A stretch of 64,000 nt of DNA from an uncultured Chlorobiaceae bacterium (GCA_964471945.1 CAYYIJ010000002.1:10481-74480); one strand, 5' to 3'. Shown: positions 44,877 through 56,476, numbered from the stretch's first letter. Made by a program: numbers and translations. The notes: a model not told the origin generated them from the sequence alone.

Positions 44877-45593
44877 TTATTTATTTTTGTCAAACTTCAG
44901 TTGTTCAATCCGCAGCTCAATAAAAGAGCGTTGAGTTTTGGATATCTTCTCAAATGAAAGCTCAATGTATTCCGACAATGCTTCTGTTTTTAGATTCATT
45001 TTTTCTAAAGCATTCGCAACCATTAGGCGGGTTTCAACATTTACTGCTAATTCAGGATTTAACCTAAAAACTTCTTTTACTTTCAATACACAGGTTGCAT
45101 AAAATCTGTTTTCGTATAGAACCTTTGCTCCATTCAATTGCTTCAAGCCATTATCAGATACTATTGATCGAGGTGTTAATGTGTTTTCTTTGTTCGTTCC
45201 GTGAACTGTTGTTGTTGTGGGAATAAGAAGTTTTCCATCATCATCTCTGATTGGGACAGAGCGCACCTTCTCCATCGCTAACTTTAATAAAAGCTCTTCT
45301 TGTGTCAGCATCCGCAGATCTGAGAGATCGATAATAACGAATTCGGGAATTGTTATTTTTTTTATTCCGCCTAATAAAATAGTTACGGAAGATTTTCTCT
45401 TTAGTTCAATTGAGTCTTCGGGTTTTAATACATCGCCAACAGAAACAGTTTTCCATTCTTCCTGAATGTTGGGGCGAGCCAGAACAGTTCCCTTGACTGC
45501 AACAATTTTAATATCCGCACCATAGCTAAGCGAGGTAAGTGTAAAGATCAATAGATAATAAATTATTTTTTTCATGTTTAATCTCTTTTTCAA
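44877..45593 (-). CDS. Hypothetical exported protein, FecR-like N-terminal domain.
   Basis: Signal peptide; KIVAVKGTV...WKTVSVGDVL...DSIEL pattern resembling the FecR sensing domain. Confidence 0.35.
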   Translation of the reverse strand: MKKRLNMKKIIYYLLIFTLTSLSYGADIKIVAVKGTVLARPNIQEEWKTVSVGDVLKPEDSIELKRKSSVTILLGGIKKITIPEFVIIDLSDLRMLTQEELLLKLAMEKVRSVPIRDDDGKLLIPTTTTVHGTNKENTLTPRSIVSDNGLKQLNGAKVLYENRFYATCVLKVKEVFRLNPELAVNVETRLMVANALEKMNLKTEALSEYIELSFEKISKTQRSFIELRIEQLKFDKNK

Positions 45594-47608
45594 TTCGTTG
45601 ATGGTACCTCAACAACCCTCATCCAGCCCTTCAGCTGACCAAGATTTATTTCAGCATCTTGTAAATATGCTTGTGCGCCAATATCCCATGCTTTTTCAAA
45701 ACTTTTAGTGATGGCAGTTGTTTCAATCGCTATCCAGATGGTTTCAGTTCCTTTATCATTTTTCCGAACGATGTATCGCTTTGGGTTTTCACTCAAAATA
45801 TGGGCTTCTTTCGGATCAATACCTGTATCAAACATCATATAGATGTGAGAGTCCTCTGGATTTTGAGGAGGAATTATATCTATGAAGGCGGTTGAAATTC
45901 CAATGCTCATTAATAAAGATGAATAACAGACCGTAATATCATCACAATCACCGCCGTTCAAAGCAAGTGTTTCGGACGGATACTGCACAAAATCTTTACT
46001 CTTTTTGGGATCCTGAACATACTGAAGGCGCTCAGCCATAGAATTGAAAATAACTTTTGCCTTCTCAAAATTTTGCGTGACTGTGGGAACACTATCGAGA
46101 TGTGCTTTTTTACTATTTATAGCTCTTCGGGTGAATTTTATGACGTCGGGATCGTCAGGTGTAACAAAATATCTTAGCAGCATCACGTCTCCATCCCAAT
46201 CGTTGCGGCCTCGAACTAAAACACGTGTTTGATAGCGATCATCGTAATCGGAATCAATTTCAGCGTTTACATAAACCGTTCCATCATAAATAGAAAACTT
46301 TTTCACACCTGTTATTAAATCACTAAACACTGCAAAGAAGGGAATTTCTATCACCTCGTCTGGCGCGATGGAATACGATCCCGTTTCCGTCGGTGCATTC
46401 ATAAGCTCGCTAATTAAAAAGCTTACTTTCGCATTAATTGGATATGACGATATATTTCTCACACGGGCTTTACCAAGTGGTTGGAAGGCATATATCTGGT
46501 GAGAAGCAGTGAACACTTCGTTGAGCATCTCAACGTATTCGAGTCGTGCCAGTGTTTCTCTCGTTCTGCCAAGGCGGGCAGTCATCGAAAGTATAAACCT
46601 ATCGGATGTAAACGGCGAATAATCAATATCGCTGTATGACGTTGACTTGAAAGTGTTAATATCAATTTTGTTCGTGCGTTTAGTTTGATTAACAAATTTC
46701 AGGTAGCTTATATCGAACCCTATCGGCTGAAGCCGTATTCCCACTCCGATTGCGGCGGCTTCAATGTTCTCGATGCCATTTGAGTATATACCGGAACGAA
46801 CTTGCAACCATTTCATCGAAGTCCACTCAGCACCTATTTGGATTTTTTTCCTCGTATCACCATCAACACCAACGGAAACATTCTCAATTCCTTTGTATAT
46901 AATTCCCATCCGCATCGATTTCGCTAATTTCAACTGGTATTCTTGAATTTCGTTTTTAAATACTTCTTCTTGTATCTCAAATAAATTTTTAAAAACTAAT
47001 CCCATGACCCAGCAGTAATTCATATTATACAGCATTCCTAAGTCGAACGTCCATGAACTTGCACTGTGATCTTCTGTCTCAGTTTGAATAACATTGCTTG
47101 TATCAAAATAATATCTTGTATCTGATGCTTCGCTATCGAAAAATCTTGCGCTCATTCCAACCGAGATATCTTTGGAAATTCGGTAGTTATATCCAAGCGC
47201 ATAACTTTGATGATAAGAAATATTCTTGTCATACCGTGTAGAGAGAATGTTTCCGCTTGAATCGTAAATAATCAAGTTTGATGGCACAACAAATTCAAGC
47301 ATCTTCCCGGGAGAATAAATTATCGCTGCTGCCTGGTTACTGAAAAAACTTTTCCCTGCCCCAAGTGAATGTAATCTAAACCCGGATTGTCGTTCTAATG
47401 TACTTATATAATTTGAAATACTAACTTCCCAATCTTTAATAAGACTCAATCCCGCTGGATTCCAATCAAGCGAGTAAGGGCCGTCGGTCAACGATGTGAA
47501 GGCGCCTATGCCAACACCACGAGCCGAGCTTAAATACTGAGCATTTGATATGTATCCTGTGACAACCATAATGAAAATAATATTTTTAGTATACTTTACT
47601 AAATTCAT
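45590..47608 (-). CDS. Exported protein with a C-terminal transglutaminase-like cysteine-protease domain.
   Basis: Signal peptide; transglutaminase-core Cys motif GGDCDDITVCYSSLL plus downstream His/Asp; the N-terminal half is beta-rich. Confidence 0.55.
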   Translation of the reverse strand: MNLVKYTKNIIFIMVVTGYISNAQYLSSARGVGIGAFTSLTDGPYSLDWNPAGLSLIKDWEVSISNYISTLERQSGFRLHSLGAGKSFFSNQAAAIIYSPGKMLEFVVPSNLIIYDSSGNILSTRYDKNISYHQSYALGYNYRISKDISVGMSARFFDSEASDTRYYFDTSNVIQTETEDHSASSWTFDLGMLYNMNYCWVMGLVFKNLFEIQEEVFKNEIQEYQLKLAKSMRMGIIYKGIENVSVGVDGDTRKKIQIGAEWTSMKWLQVRSGIYSNGIENIEAAAIGVGIRLQPIGFDISYLKFVNQTKRTNKIDINTFKSTSYSDIDYSPFTSDRFILSMTARLGRTRETLARLEYVEMLNEVFTASHQIYAFQPLGKARVRNISSYPINAKVSFLISELMNAPTETGSYSIAPDEVIEIPFFAVFSDLITGVKKFSIYDGTVYVNAEIDSDYDDRYQTRVLVRGRNDWDGDVMLLRYFVTPDDPDVIKFTRRAINSKKAHLDSVPTVTQNFEKAKVIFNSMAERLQYVQDPKKSKDFVQYPSETLALNGGDCDDITVCYSSLLMSIGISTAFIDIIPPQNPEDSHIYMMFDTGIDPKEAHILSENPKRYIVRKNDKGTETIWIAIETTAITKSFEKAWDIGAQAYLQDAEINLGQLKGWMRVVEVPSTN

Positions 47609-47614
47609 TCGTCC

Positions 47615-48520
47615 TTACAAATTTACCCTTAATAGTCGATTATGAATCGATGCAGCTTGAACTAAAACGCTATCCTGGTATCCCTCAATTTTCATAGTAA
47701 ACCGTTCTTCCGACATGAATGTAAACATGAATTGTTGAAAACGTCGAGTTGGCAGTAATGCCAATATTTTTGTGGGGATAAAAATTTCCCCCCTGGTATT
47801 TCTAATGCGAAGGTGAATTGTGGGTAACCATGTTTTTTGTTGTAATCCACCCTCTCGACTGATAATAATATGTACATATTGGTTGGTACAATTCCACTTG
47901 ATACGCATTGGTTCTGTAACCTGAATATAAGGTGGTACGATATCCGTTACTTGCATTTCGGGTGGACCTTTGAACGACGCATCAAAAGTGCCGGTTCCCT
48001 TTTTGTCTGTTCCTTTCCATGTGTATGTCTTGCCGGGGTTGTAGTTGTATGATTTTCGGAAATGATATTTATATCCTATGATCGTATCCATCATAGACAT
48101 GGGTATTCTTTGATATCTTACGTGTTTACCGAGTGTATCTGAATCGAGACTTAGTGTTCCAACGTCTAATGAGGTATAAGCAATGACACGACCATTATGT
48201 AGAATTGGTTTTGACGTATCGATAAATATCGCTTCTGCTTTTATAAGGCTATCTTGTCGCGAGAACATTTCATTCCGAATACTCGAAAAAATTAGTCTGC
48301 CATAATATTTCATGTAATCGCCGCTAACCAACCCCGTGCTGTCGACTCCTGACGTAATAGATACAGAATCTGCGATTGTTCCGACCGTAATCATTTCTAT
48401 AAATCGAGAATCATCCTGATTATCAATAATTTCTATCGGACCAGTGTCTTGGCAACCAGACCCTAACATGAGGAGAAATATTATTACGAAGCTTAAAAAA
48501 GTATTATTTTCTTTTTTCAT
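47615..48520 (-). CDS. Hypothetical lipoprotein.
   Basis: Lipobox LMLGSGC; no recognisable domain. Confidence 0.4.
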   Translation of the reverse strand: MKKENNTFLSFVIIFLLMLGSGCQDTGPIEIIDNQDDSRFIEMITVGTIADSVSITSGVDSTGLVSGDYMKYYGRLIFSSIRNEMFSRQDSLIKAEAIFIDTSKPILHNGRVIAYTSLDVGTLSLDSDTLGKHVRYQRIPMSMMDTIIGYKYHFRKSYNYNPGKTYTWKGTDKKGTGTFDASFKGPPEMQVTDIVPPYIQVTEPMRIKWNCTNQYVHIIISREGGLQQKTWLPTIHLRIRNTRGEIFIPTKILALLPTRRFQQFMFTFMSEERFTMKIEGYQDSVLVQAASIHNRLLRVNL

Positions 48521-48931
48521 ACTAAATCTAATTTAATTAATTTTTTATTATCTTTCCCATAATTTGAGACTTCTGAAAAATCACCCCGCCGCTCTTTTCC
48601 TTGAAGCCCGCATGTGATTTATGATTTTCTTTGTTAAGAGCAGCGGGATAATTGTTTATTATAAATCAATGTTCGTGCCAACGAAAATGTGTCCATTATG
48701 CATCGATTTTGCACAATGTTATTAGGGGAATCGCAGGAAAATGTAGGGAAACTGCTGGAACGATTGCCTTCAGGCAATCCTCAGATACCGATGATGTGTT
48801 TATGGAGTGGACAACTAAAAATTATTATTTTTCTTGGTGACTTATATTTTATAGTTACTCGTAGTTAATTTATCAAATAGGCTAAAGACCTTGATGCGAG
48901 CGGCTTTTCAATAGTGGTTGTCTAAAAGGTA

Positions 48932-48966
48932 AAAAAGGAGTCATGCTGAAATAAATTCAGCATGAC
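48932..48966 (-). terminator. Rho-independent terminator downstream of the CHASE2-sigma-54 activator gene.
   Basis: Perfect 13-bp stem GAGTCATGCTGAA-ataaa-TTCAGCATGACTC with a T-tract on the minus strand. Confidence 0.55.
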
Positions 48967-49036
48967 TCTGGACTTTTTGGACCACCCCTACAAAAATATA
49001 CTAATCCCTGCGGATTTTAGTCCTTAGTTCATGTTT

Positions 49037-51700
49037 TTAGAGATGTCCTGATTCTATTTTAAACTCGCCCCGATAAGCAGAATTAATAATCTCGGTAAGA
49101 TAATAATGATACTTCTGTGGCAAATTTTTATATTTTGACTTCGATGCTATCGTTATTTGTTCAATTGATTTTTTTGGGTCAACAAACTCGATTCCGTTTC
49201 GCAGGTACTCTTGTAATTTCTTCTCAACTTTATTATTAATTATCGAATCTTCTATCTGCGATATTATTATAACGGTTTTAGAAATATTCCATTGAGAATC
49301 ATAGAATGCTTTAAAGCAATAACCTCTAAAATATTCAGCAACCGTTCCACGATTTAATCCACCAAGGTCGTCCGCTGTTTCTGAGATCGAGTTCCTTGAG
49401 AATTCTTTCTCCCGTAATAGTGATATGATTTTTTCTTCAAGATCGATTGAAGTCTTTTCCCCCTGAGTAATTTCTTCGGAAACATCCTTCATCCGAACCA
49501 TCGTGCGTCCCTCGGCTTTTGCTAAAAGTACTGCACGCTTGATGACGCTTTGTAACTCTCGGATATTACCTCTCCATGCGTATTGCTTCAATATCTCTAT
49601 AACGCTCTTGCTGCATCTTATCGCTTTGTCCTCCTGATTCATAAAATACTCAACCAAGATTGGTATATCCTCAATTCTTTCGCGAAGCGGTGGTAGATGC
49701 ACTTCAAGTACGTTCAGCCGATAGTAAAGATCTTCACGAATTATTCTTTCAGCGACGGCTTGCTGAAGATTTTTATTCGTTGCCGTAATTACCCGCACGT
49801 CTACTTTCTTTGTCTGCATTCCACCAACACGTTCAAACGTGCCGTCTTGCAGCACCCGAAGAAGTTTTATCTGAAAATTTTCGCTTGTTTCACCTATTTC
49901 ATCAAGGAAAATTGTTCCACCATCTGCTATTTCAAACCGTCCCGCTTTGTCTTTGACTGCTCCTGTGAATGCGCCCCTCTCATGTCCGAAAAGTTCACTT
50001 TCTAACAGCCCCTCTGCCAATGCACCACAATTCACAGCTATAAACGATTGTTTTTTCCGACTAGAATTTTCATGAAGTGCCCGTGCAACCAATTCTTTTC
50101 CTGTTCCGCTTTCACCATAAATAAGTACTGCTGCATTGTTGTTTGCAATTTTTTTGATAAATGATACAATACCTACCATTGGTCCATTATTTCCATAGAT
50201 GATTCCACAGAATTCTTTGCACGGTGCTTCCATGTCTCCATCGGTAATATTTGCAGGTTGTAAGTCTTCTGCCAATTCTTTTAACCGACCAACTTCTGTT
50301 TTGTACTTTATTATTTCTTCCTGTAGCTGCGTTCGACGTTTTTCGGCATCATTCTGACGAAGCGATTGAAATTCTTTTTCTAACTTAACTAACTGCAATT
50401 CTTTTACTTGAAGAAGTGAATCGGTTTTTTCTTTTTCTTTTTTAAGAATGTCGATGTGTCCGTGAATTATTTTTTGTTTATATATTAGCATTGAAATGGT
50501 AACAAGAAAAATTGTGCTTATCGGTGCCGCAATCAGAAGCACGTAGGAATAATACGAGAAAATAATAAACGAAATAAGAATGAGCGTTGTTGCAAGCACG
50601 ATCAACCCAATCAATCCATACAATTCCCGCTTAATCCCCATTAAGAAAGTACTTATAATTCCGCAGAGCAGTATAATTATTAGATCGAGGAGTTCTGGGC
50701 TGTATCTCAGAAAGCTACCGTGAAGGAGGTTGTGAAGAAAAAATGCATGTATGCCTATTACTGGGAACTCGTTGTCGAACGGAGTTTTTATGAATTTACT
50801 TCTACCCTCTGCAATTATTCCTACGAGAACAATTTTATCGCGGAACTGCTCAAGTAATTGTTCGTATATCAAATCTGTTTTAATTCTATCATAACTCTTT
50901 AAAAAATTTACAACAGATATCATCTTTAGAGTATTAATTCCACCTATATAATTGATAGAAGCAGCGCCATTTTTGTCAACGGGAATATGAAATATAGCTT
51001 CCCGAGTTTTAATTTTTACTTCATCAGATGAAATTACTACATCCGATTTGGAAGCTTTAACATTAACACGAAAAATTTCGAGCGCAAACGAAGGAAGAAT
51101 ACTTGTAACATTTTGAATAAAAAGTGGAATTCTCGATTCGTTAATAAGATGTGTATGACCTATTGCGTTTACATTTTTCAATATGTTCTCAAATGGAAGT
51201 TCCGCTTGATGACCTTGAAGTAAGCTTACGCCTTGCGGTTTCTTATGAAGGAACCTGTCCGGAATTATAGAAATCGTATCTTGGGATTGTTCTTCAGAAA
51301 GCTCCTTAAAAAAACCGCTAACGACAACATTATTCGTCTTTCCTACAACTGCAGCAAGCAGATTATCATATTCTTGCAATTCTCGCTCAGACTCAGTTAG
51401 CGCTATATCAAAACCTATGACACCAACATCAAGTTCGCGCAACGCATTAATCAACAACGCATAATAACTTCTCTTTAGTGGTAAGCCCCCCAATGATGCA
51501 ATATCGTCGTTATCCAGATAAAGTATTACTATCGAGGTATCAACAGATTTTGCACCTCGAAATTGATATTCGATTGAGAGAATGCTACGGTCAATGTTCG
51601 CAAAAACATCTGGAAAAAGTAATGATATGAGAAGAATGATAATTGATACACAAACACCGAGGATAATTTGTTTTAGATTTCTTAACCGCATCGATTTCAC
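49037..51700 (-). CDS. Membrane-bound sigma-54-dependent activator with an N-terminal CHASE2 extracytoplasmic sensor domain.
   Basis: N-terminal TM segment, ~350-aa extracytoplasmic domain, three more TM helices, coiled coil, then an AAA+ sigma-54 activation domain ([23 protein letters not shown]) and a ~170-aa C-terminal extension. Confidence 0.8.
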   Translation of the reverse strand: MKSMRLRNLKQIILGVCVSIIILLISLLFPDVFANIDRSILSIEYQFRGAKSVDTSIVILYLDNDDIASLGGLPLKRSYYALLINALRELDVGVIGFDIALTESERELQEYDNLLAAVVGKTNNVVVSGFFKELSEEQSQDTISIIPDRFLHKKPQGVSLLQGHQAELPFENILKNVNAIGHTHLINESRIPLFIQNVTSILPSFALEIFRVNVKASKSDVVISSDEVKIKTREAIFHIPVDKNGAASINYIGGINTLKMISVVNFLKSYDRIKTDLIYEQLLEQFRDKIVLVGIIAEGRSKFIKTPFDNEFPVIGIHAFFLHNLLHGSFLRYSPELLDLIIILLCGIISTFLMGIKRELYGLIGLIVLATTLILISFIIFSYYSYVLLIAAPISTIFLVTISMLIYKQKIIHGHIDILKKEKEKTDSLLQVKELQLVKLEKEFQSLRQNDAEKRRTQLQEEIIKYKTEVGRLKELAEDLQPANITDGDMEAPCKEFCGIIYGNNGPMVGIVSFIKKIANNNAAVLIYGESGTGKELVARALHENSSRKKQSFIAVNCGALAEGLLESELFGHERGAFTGAVKDKAGRFEIADGGTIFLDEIGETSENFQIKLLRVLQDGTFERVGGMQTKKVDVRVITATNKNLQQAVAERIIREDLYYRLNVLEVHLPPLRERIEDIPILVEYFMNQEDKAIRCSKSVIEILKQYAWRGNIRELQSVIKRAVLLAKAEGRTMVRMKDVSEEITQGEKTSIDLEEKIISLLREKEFSRNSISETADDLGGLNRGTVAEYFRGYCFKAFYDSQWNISKTVIIISQIEDSIINNKVEKKLQEYLRNGIEFVDPKKSIEQITIASKSKYKNLPQKYHYYLTEIINSAYRGEFKIESGHL

Positions 51701-52951
51701 TCAGCGCTGAGAAAGACCTTGTTTGTGTAACCATTTTTCGGGATCGAGTTTTTCTCTGCCTTTATATATCTCAAAATGAAGAACCGAGCCGTAAATCGAA
51801 TCACCGCTTTTCCCAAGTTGATGACCCTCTTTCACTTTAGAACCTTCGTTCACAAAAATTTCTGATAGATGGGCATAGACTGTTCTATATCCATTTTTAT
51901 GATTTACAATAACTAGATTTCCAAATGATGGGAGCCAATAGATTTTTGACACCTCACCATCGTCTACAACATGAACATTCGTCCCGATGGGAACTGCAAT
52001 ATCAATTCCGGTATTTTGTGTCATCGTGCCTAAGGTCGGATGTTGTTGTAAACCGAAGCGTGATGCTAATTTCCCGTTTGCAACGGGCCAGCGCAATCGA
52101 CCACGCTTCGCCGCAAATCCAACACCCGGCTCCACCAACTCATCTTCTTTCTTTGATAATTTCTCTTGTTTTTTTCTATCCTCCTCGATTAGCTTCGTAA
52201 TTATTTGCTCTATCTCCCTTGCGTCTTGTTTTCTTCGGTCTATCTCACGTTTATAATTTTGTTTGTTTTTTCTTATGTCAGCTAAAAGTTTTTTCCTTTC
52301 CTTCAATTTACCGGTTAGCCGTTTTTCTTCTTTCTTTTTTTCTTCAATCAAAAGCTTTTGTTCTGCCAATTGATGCTGCAAAAATATGTTTTGTTCCTCA
52401 TGATTGCGTTGCTTTGAGTCAATTTTATTTAAATCCTCTTTTCGTTGGCTCGAAAATCTTTTTAGATATTCTGATCGTACCAAAAGCTGATTAAATGATT
52501 TCGACGCAATCAATAATTCAAGATCATAAGTGTGCCCATTTTTATATGCCATCGTTACATAATTTGCATAATGATTTTTTAGATACCTGAGCTGCTCCCC
52601 TAATTCATCAATTTTTTGTTTTGTCTCAGTGATATCTTTTTTCAGTGTTGTTTCGCGCTCATGGAGATTCTTAATAAGTTTCTTTATTAATCCGCTTTGC
52701 CGATCATAGATTGCCAATAGTTCAAGAGTAGAACGTTCTTTCTTTTCGCTCTCATTAATTTTTTTATCATATGTCTCAATTTCTTTTCTCAATTTCTCAA
52801 GCTGTGATTGTTTTTTCTTGAGATCGTCGGTTTGTGAATATGAGAATAGACTTAACGATTGAAAAATCAATAAAAGTACAACAATGTAGTTTAACGATCC
52901 CGCGTTCAACGTTTTACTACCTTTGCATGTGGTGGGACAGTAAAGGAACAT
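51701..52951 (-). CDS. M23-family murein endopeptidase with an N-terminal coiled coil (EnvC/NlpD-like).
   Basis: Signal sequence, long coiled coil, and C-terminal M23 motifs (GIDIAVPIGTNVHVV...HLSEI). The start is ambiguous: the ATG gives a 46-nt overlap with the upstream gene, and an alternative TTG start is coupled to the upstream stop. Confidence 0.75.
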   Translation of the reverse strand: MFLYCPTTCKGSKTLNAGSLNYIVVLLLIFQSLSLFSYSQTDDLKKKQSQLEKLRKEIETYDKKINESEKKERSTLELLAIYDRQSGLIKKLIKNLHERETTLKKDITETKQKIDELGEQLRYLKNHYANYVTMAYKNGHTYDLELLIASKSFNQLLVRSEYLKRFSSQRKEDLNKIDSKQRNHEEQNIFLQHQLAEQKLLIEEKKKEEKRLTGKLKERKKLLADIRKNKQNYKREIDRRKQDAREIEQIITKLIEEDRKKQEKLSKKEDELVEPGVGFAAKRGRLRWPVANGKLASRFGLQQHPTLGTMTQNTGIDIAVPIGTNVHVVDDGEVSKIYWLPSFGNLVIVNHKNGYRTVYAHLSEIFVNEGSKVKEGHQLGKSGDSIYGSVLHFEIYKGREKLDPEKWLHKQGLSQR

Positions 52952-53673
52952 ATCACCGGTTTGTTGAAAATAATCTCATCATATACAATGGTAACACTTC
53001 GATTCTCCGCTTGAGATACAATTCGGATGAGATATGGTACCGCAATATCTTCGTTATATTCAATTTCCGAAACATTGACGCCTATTTGTTCGTTCCCATC
53101 AAAATCAGTTGTACGGTAAGACGAAGCAACAAATACATCTCCATCAATAGATATTTCTGTTAATTTTTCAGGGGAAGCATATCGGAAAGTGTATTGCTCC
53201 TTTTCTATAGAAAAATTTAATAAAGTATCTCGTTCATTTAATGTTGGAACTTCTCCAACTAGTGCGTTGATTATTTCGTGTGTCTTCATTCGTATTGGAA
53301 GAAAAGAATGCAGCCGCTCTCCAGCTGGATCTCCTACCATCACGGTGTTGTCCATCCTATTATAAAAAATAAACTGGTTCTGAGAAAGCGTAAAGGTTCC
53401 CACCCGGACACCGAACGGACCTTTTAAATCGATACGAAGTGAGTCGGGTTTAACTAACTCCATCATAAAAGAACCCACGTTTGATTCATCGGGATCTTCA
53501 ATCGTGATTGTTCCCTTAGCTTTGGCTGTTGTGATTCGGTTATTGCGCTCATCGACTTTCGATAATACTTCGTGATAGGATAGATTACGTTCCTTCACGG
53601 CTTTCTTTGATGGTGCACATCCAAAAAGTCCAGTTAAAACAATTATTATCAGAACTGCCCAACATCGATTCAT
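52906..53673 (-). CDS. DUF4292-like (LolA-fold) lipoprotein.
   Basis: Lipobox LTGLFGC. I trimmed to the Met whose ATG overlaps the upstream TGA (ATGA coupling). Confidence 0.45.
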   Translation of the reverse strand: MNRCWAVLIIIVLTGLFGCAPSKKAVKERNLSYHEVLSKVDERNNRITTAKAKGTITIEDPDESNVGSFMMELVKPDSLRIDLKGPFGVRVGTFTLSQNQFIFYNRMDNTVMVGDPAGERLHSFLPIRMKTHEIINALVGEVPTLNERDTLLNFSIEKEQYTFRYASPEKLTEISIDGDVFVASSYRTTDFDGNEQIGVNVSEIEYNEDIAVPYLIRIVSQAENRSVTIVYDEIIFNKPVICSFTVPPHAKVVKR

Positions 53674-55343
53674 GGACTGCCTCTCTGAATTTTTTCCTTT
53701 ATCGATTGATTGTTTGGATCTAGTTCTGATGCTTTTTGCCAATATTCTAATGCTTTGGATTTATCCGATAACTTAAAGTAAATATCCCCAAGGTGATCAT
53801 GAATGACGGTACTCGTAGAACCTAATTCAACTGCTTTACGAACCCATCGTTCTGCCTCTTTGTAGTCGCCGAGTTGATAATAAATCCAGCCATAAGTATC
53901 AAGATACGATTGATTTTCTGGTTGTTGTGATAGAGCTTCCTTCGACATTTTCAATGCTCGCTCAAGTTGAAGTCCACGCTCGCATAGACTATATCCATAA
54001 TTATTTAAAAGTAAATGATTCTTGGGTTCGATCCGCAACGCACGTTCATAAATGCTATCCGAATCTTCAAATCGTTTCAGTTCATCATAAACAAGCCCTA
54101 ATGCACTCATCGCATCTATACTTTTCTCGTTAAGCTGAAGCGCCTTTTCTAATATCGACGCTGCATCGGTTGGCTTGTGCAGACGTTGATACGATATTCC
54201 TAAGAGAAAATAAATTCTGAATTCCTCAGATGCAAATTTTTTTCCTTCATTTAGTATATTGATTGCATCCTCAAACCGATTACGGTCGTAGTAGATTGAT
54301 GCAACCCCTACCCATCCATCGGGATTCCATTTTACAAGGTCTATGACTTTAAAATAATTAATTAACGCGGCCGAATCGTTCCTCATTATATTATTAATGG
54401 CGCCTAGAAACCAAAATGGCCTCCAATCGGATGGATAATTAAACTTAATTTTCTCAAATAAGTTGATTGCAAGCGGAGCAACGGCCGAGTCTTTCTGGAT
54501 AAACGAAACAAATATCTGCCCAAATCGGATCAGCTCATCGGCAGAAAGTGTATCTCTCTTCATAACATATTCCAACTGTTCGCTCGCACGTTTATAATCT
54601 TGCCTTATAAGATAAACGTGCGCTATGGCTGCCCTAAGTTCTAAATTCTCCGGGTAGCGTTCTGTAAGATCATTATAAATAGTGATTGCTGCATCAACAC
54701 TATCTTGTCGAAGATAAACGTCGCCAAGTGTTTTTGCAATTTCAAAGTTCCCCGGATCAAGCGTAAGAATTTTTCTGAGTGCATCAGCCGCTTTATCGTG
54801 TTTTTCCATTGAGCGATAAATTTGTGCCATTTGGTAATAAGCATCTTCGTCCGGTCCAAAACGATCAACAATCTCTTGGAAAATTTCAATCGCTTTCATC
54901 GGGTTCCGCATCATTTGCAGCCGGGCGAGCGTATGCCATCCTTCACGATAATGTGGGTCAAGCTTAATTAATTTCTCGTATGCTTTTGTAGCCTTTTCAA
55001 TATCGAGCGCATTTATGTATATTTCTGCAAGTGTTTGCTGGTAGGTGCGATTCTTTGGATTTAAAGTAACAGCTTCGCTAGCCATTTGAATTGCAAGATC
55101 GTTTTTCCCAAGTATTGCATAATCTTTGGCTATAGCATGATAGATCGCAGGATCTTTCATGTGTTTTAATGCATCCTGATATTCAAGAATTGCCTTAGCA
55201 TAATCTCCCTTCTGATCGAGAAGAGATCCTTGAAGAAAATGTTCAAGCGCAACCTTGCGGTTCTCTTCTGGAATCGTGGGCTTAGTACCTGAACAACCCA
55301 CAAAGAGAAAAACAATTGATAATATTGATAAACTGAACTTCAT
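53670..55343 (-). CDS. TPR-repeat lipoprotein.
   Basis: Lipobox FLFVGCSG and about 12 TPR units. Confidence 0.7.
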   Translation of the reverse strand: MKFSLSILSIVFLFVGCSGTKPTIPEENRKVALEHFLQGSLLDQKGDYAKAILEYQDALKHMKDPAIYHAIAKDYAILGKNDLAIQMASEAVTLNPKNRTYQQTLAEIYINALDIEKATKAYEKLIKLDPHYREGWHTLARLQMMRNPMKAIEIFQEIVDRFGPDEDAYYQMAQIYRSMEKHDKAADALRKILTLDPGNFEIAKTLGDVYLRQDSVDAAITIYNDLTERYPENLELRAAIAHVYLIRQDYKRASEQLEYVMKRDTLSADELIRFGQIFVSFIQKDSAVAPLAINLFEKIKFNYPSDWRPFWFLGAINNIMRNDSAALINYFKVIDLVKWNPDGWVGVASIYYDRNRFEDAINILNEGKKFASEEFRIYFLLGISYQRLHKPTDAASILEKALQLNEKSIDAMSALGLVYDELKRFEDSDSIYERALRIEPKNHLLLNNYGYSLCERGLQLERALKMSKEALSQQPENQSYLDTYGWIYYQLGDYKEAERWVRKAVELGSTSTVIHDHLGDIYFKLSDKSKALEYWQKASELDPNNQSIKEKIQRGSP

Positions 55344-55468
55344 TCAAAATCTTTCATATTTTACAAAAATATAGTAATTTAAGTGAGTATTCACAAACGC
55401 ACATTGACTTTCAGAAACAAATTCAATACATTAAACCGCATGTAATATATATCACCAACGAGGATTGT

Positions 55469-56143
55469 ATGATAAAATCGAAAAAAGTTAATTATATTCT
55501 TATAATAATAGCTCTCTGTGTATTATTCGCGGGGTGTGGTAGTTCGGAAGAAACCGAGAAAGAAAGCTCTCCCCCGCAACTCAGCGCTACTGAGGCGCTG
55601 CAAAAAGAATTGGCAAACTTAAAGATGGAAAACGAAAAACTCAAAAATCAGGTTGCACGGCTTGAGCAAGAGAAGCGAACCGCTACAGCCCGTGCTGCAG
55701 AATTAGAAACCCAGCTTGTTGAACAAAAAAATAAAACTATCACTCCCCCTGCGACAGTGCAACCAACCATTACAGATGCACGCGAGAACTATAAAGAGGC
55801 ACTCAAGCTATTTCACAATCGTGAATACATTGAAGCTTCTACAATATTTCAAGCACTCCTAGATTCTGATGTACCAATTGAGCTTCAGGATAATTGTTAC
55901 TATTGGTTGGGCGAATGCTGCTTTGGCTTAAAAAAATACACTGATGCAATAAAAAAATTCGAGCAGGTATTTTCTTTCAAGATATCTGAAAAGAAAGATG
56001 AGTCTCAGGTAATGATTGCGAACAGTTACTTGGCAATGGGAAACAAGGAAAAAGCAAAAGAAGAGTATGAGAAACTTATCAAGAAATTTCCTGCAAGTCC
56101 GTTTGTGAAAAAAGTAAAAGAAAAACTTGTAAAACTTCAATAA
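55469..56143 (+). CDS. CpoB/YbgF-like protein (N-terminal coiled coil plus C-terminal TPR).
   Basis: Signal/lipobox (LFAGCGS), a coiled-coil segment, and a TPR-like C-terminus. Confidence 0.5.
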   Translation: MIKSKKVNYILIIIALCVLFAGCGSSEETEKESSPPQLSATEALQKELANLKMENEKLKNQVARLEQEKRTATARAAELETQLVEQKNKTITPPATVQPTITDARENYKEALKLFHNREYIEASTIFQALLDSDVPIELQDNCYYWLGECCFGLKKYTDAIKKFEQVFSFKISEKKDESQVMIANSYLAMGNKEKAKEEYEKLIKKFPASPFVKKVKEKLVKLQ

Positions 56144-56165
56144 CAAAACTAACAACTAGGGATTT

Positions 56166-56476
56166 ATGGATAGATCTCGATACGATATTCGGTTGGTTAA
56201 TTTAACATTTGGGAAATCAGTCTTGCGTCTAAAGTTGATAGTCAAACCAAAACTTCAGAATCCACAAATTCAAAGTTTTTACACGATAATGGTTTCACTA
56301 TCGAAGGAGCCACTCGGCAATAAAAGAAAAATGCAGCGAAGAAACCGGGGTTCGAGGATTTATGTGTCCCATCACCATTGAGGGAAATCCCTGTCTGATT
56401 GAGTTAGCATACGAAAGCGGAATTGGGGAGAAAGAAAGCATAGGGTTTGGTATGTTGGAAGTCATTAAAAAATGAT
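56166..56476 (+). pseudogene. Decayed gene remnant ending in a Cas6-like C-terminal glycine-rich loop.
   Basis: Frameshifted ORFs. The last 38 codons read MCPITIEGNPCLIELAYESGIGEKESIGFGMLEVIKK*, which matches the Cas6 GhGxxxxxGhG signature. No CRISPR repeats are nearby. Confidence 0.3.
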
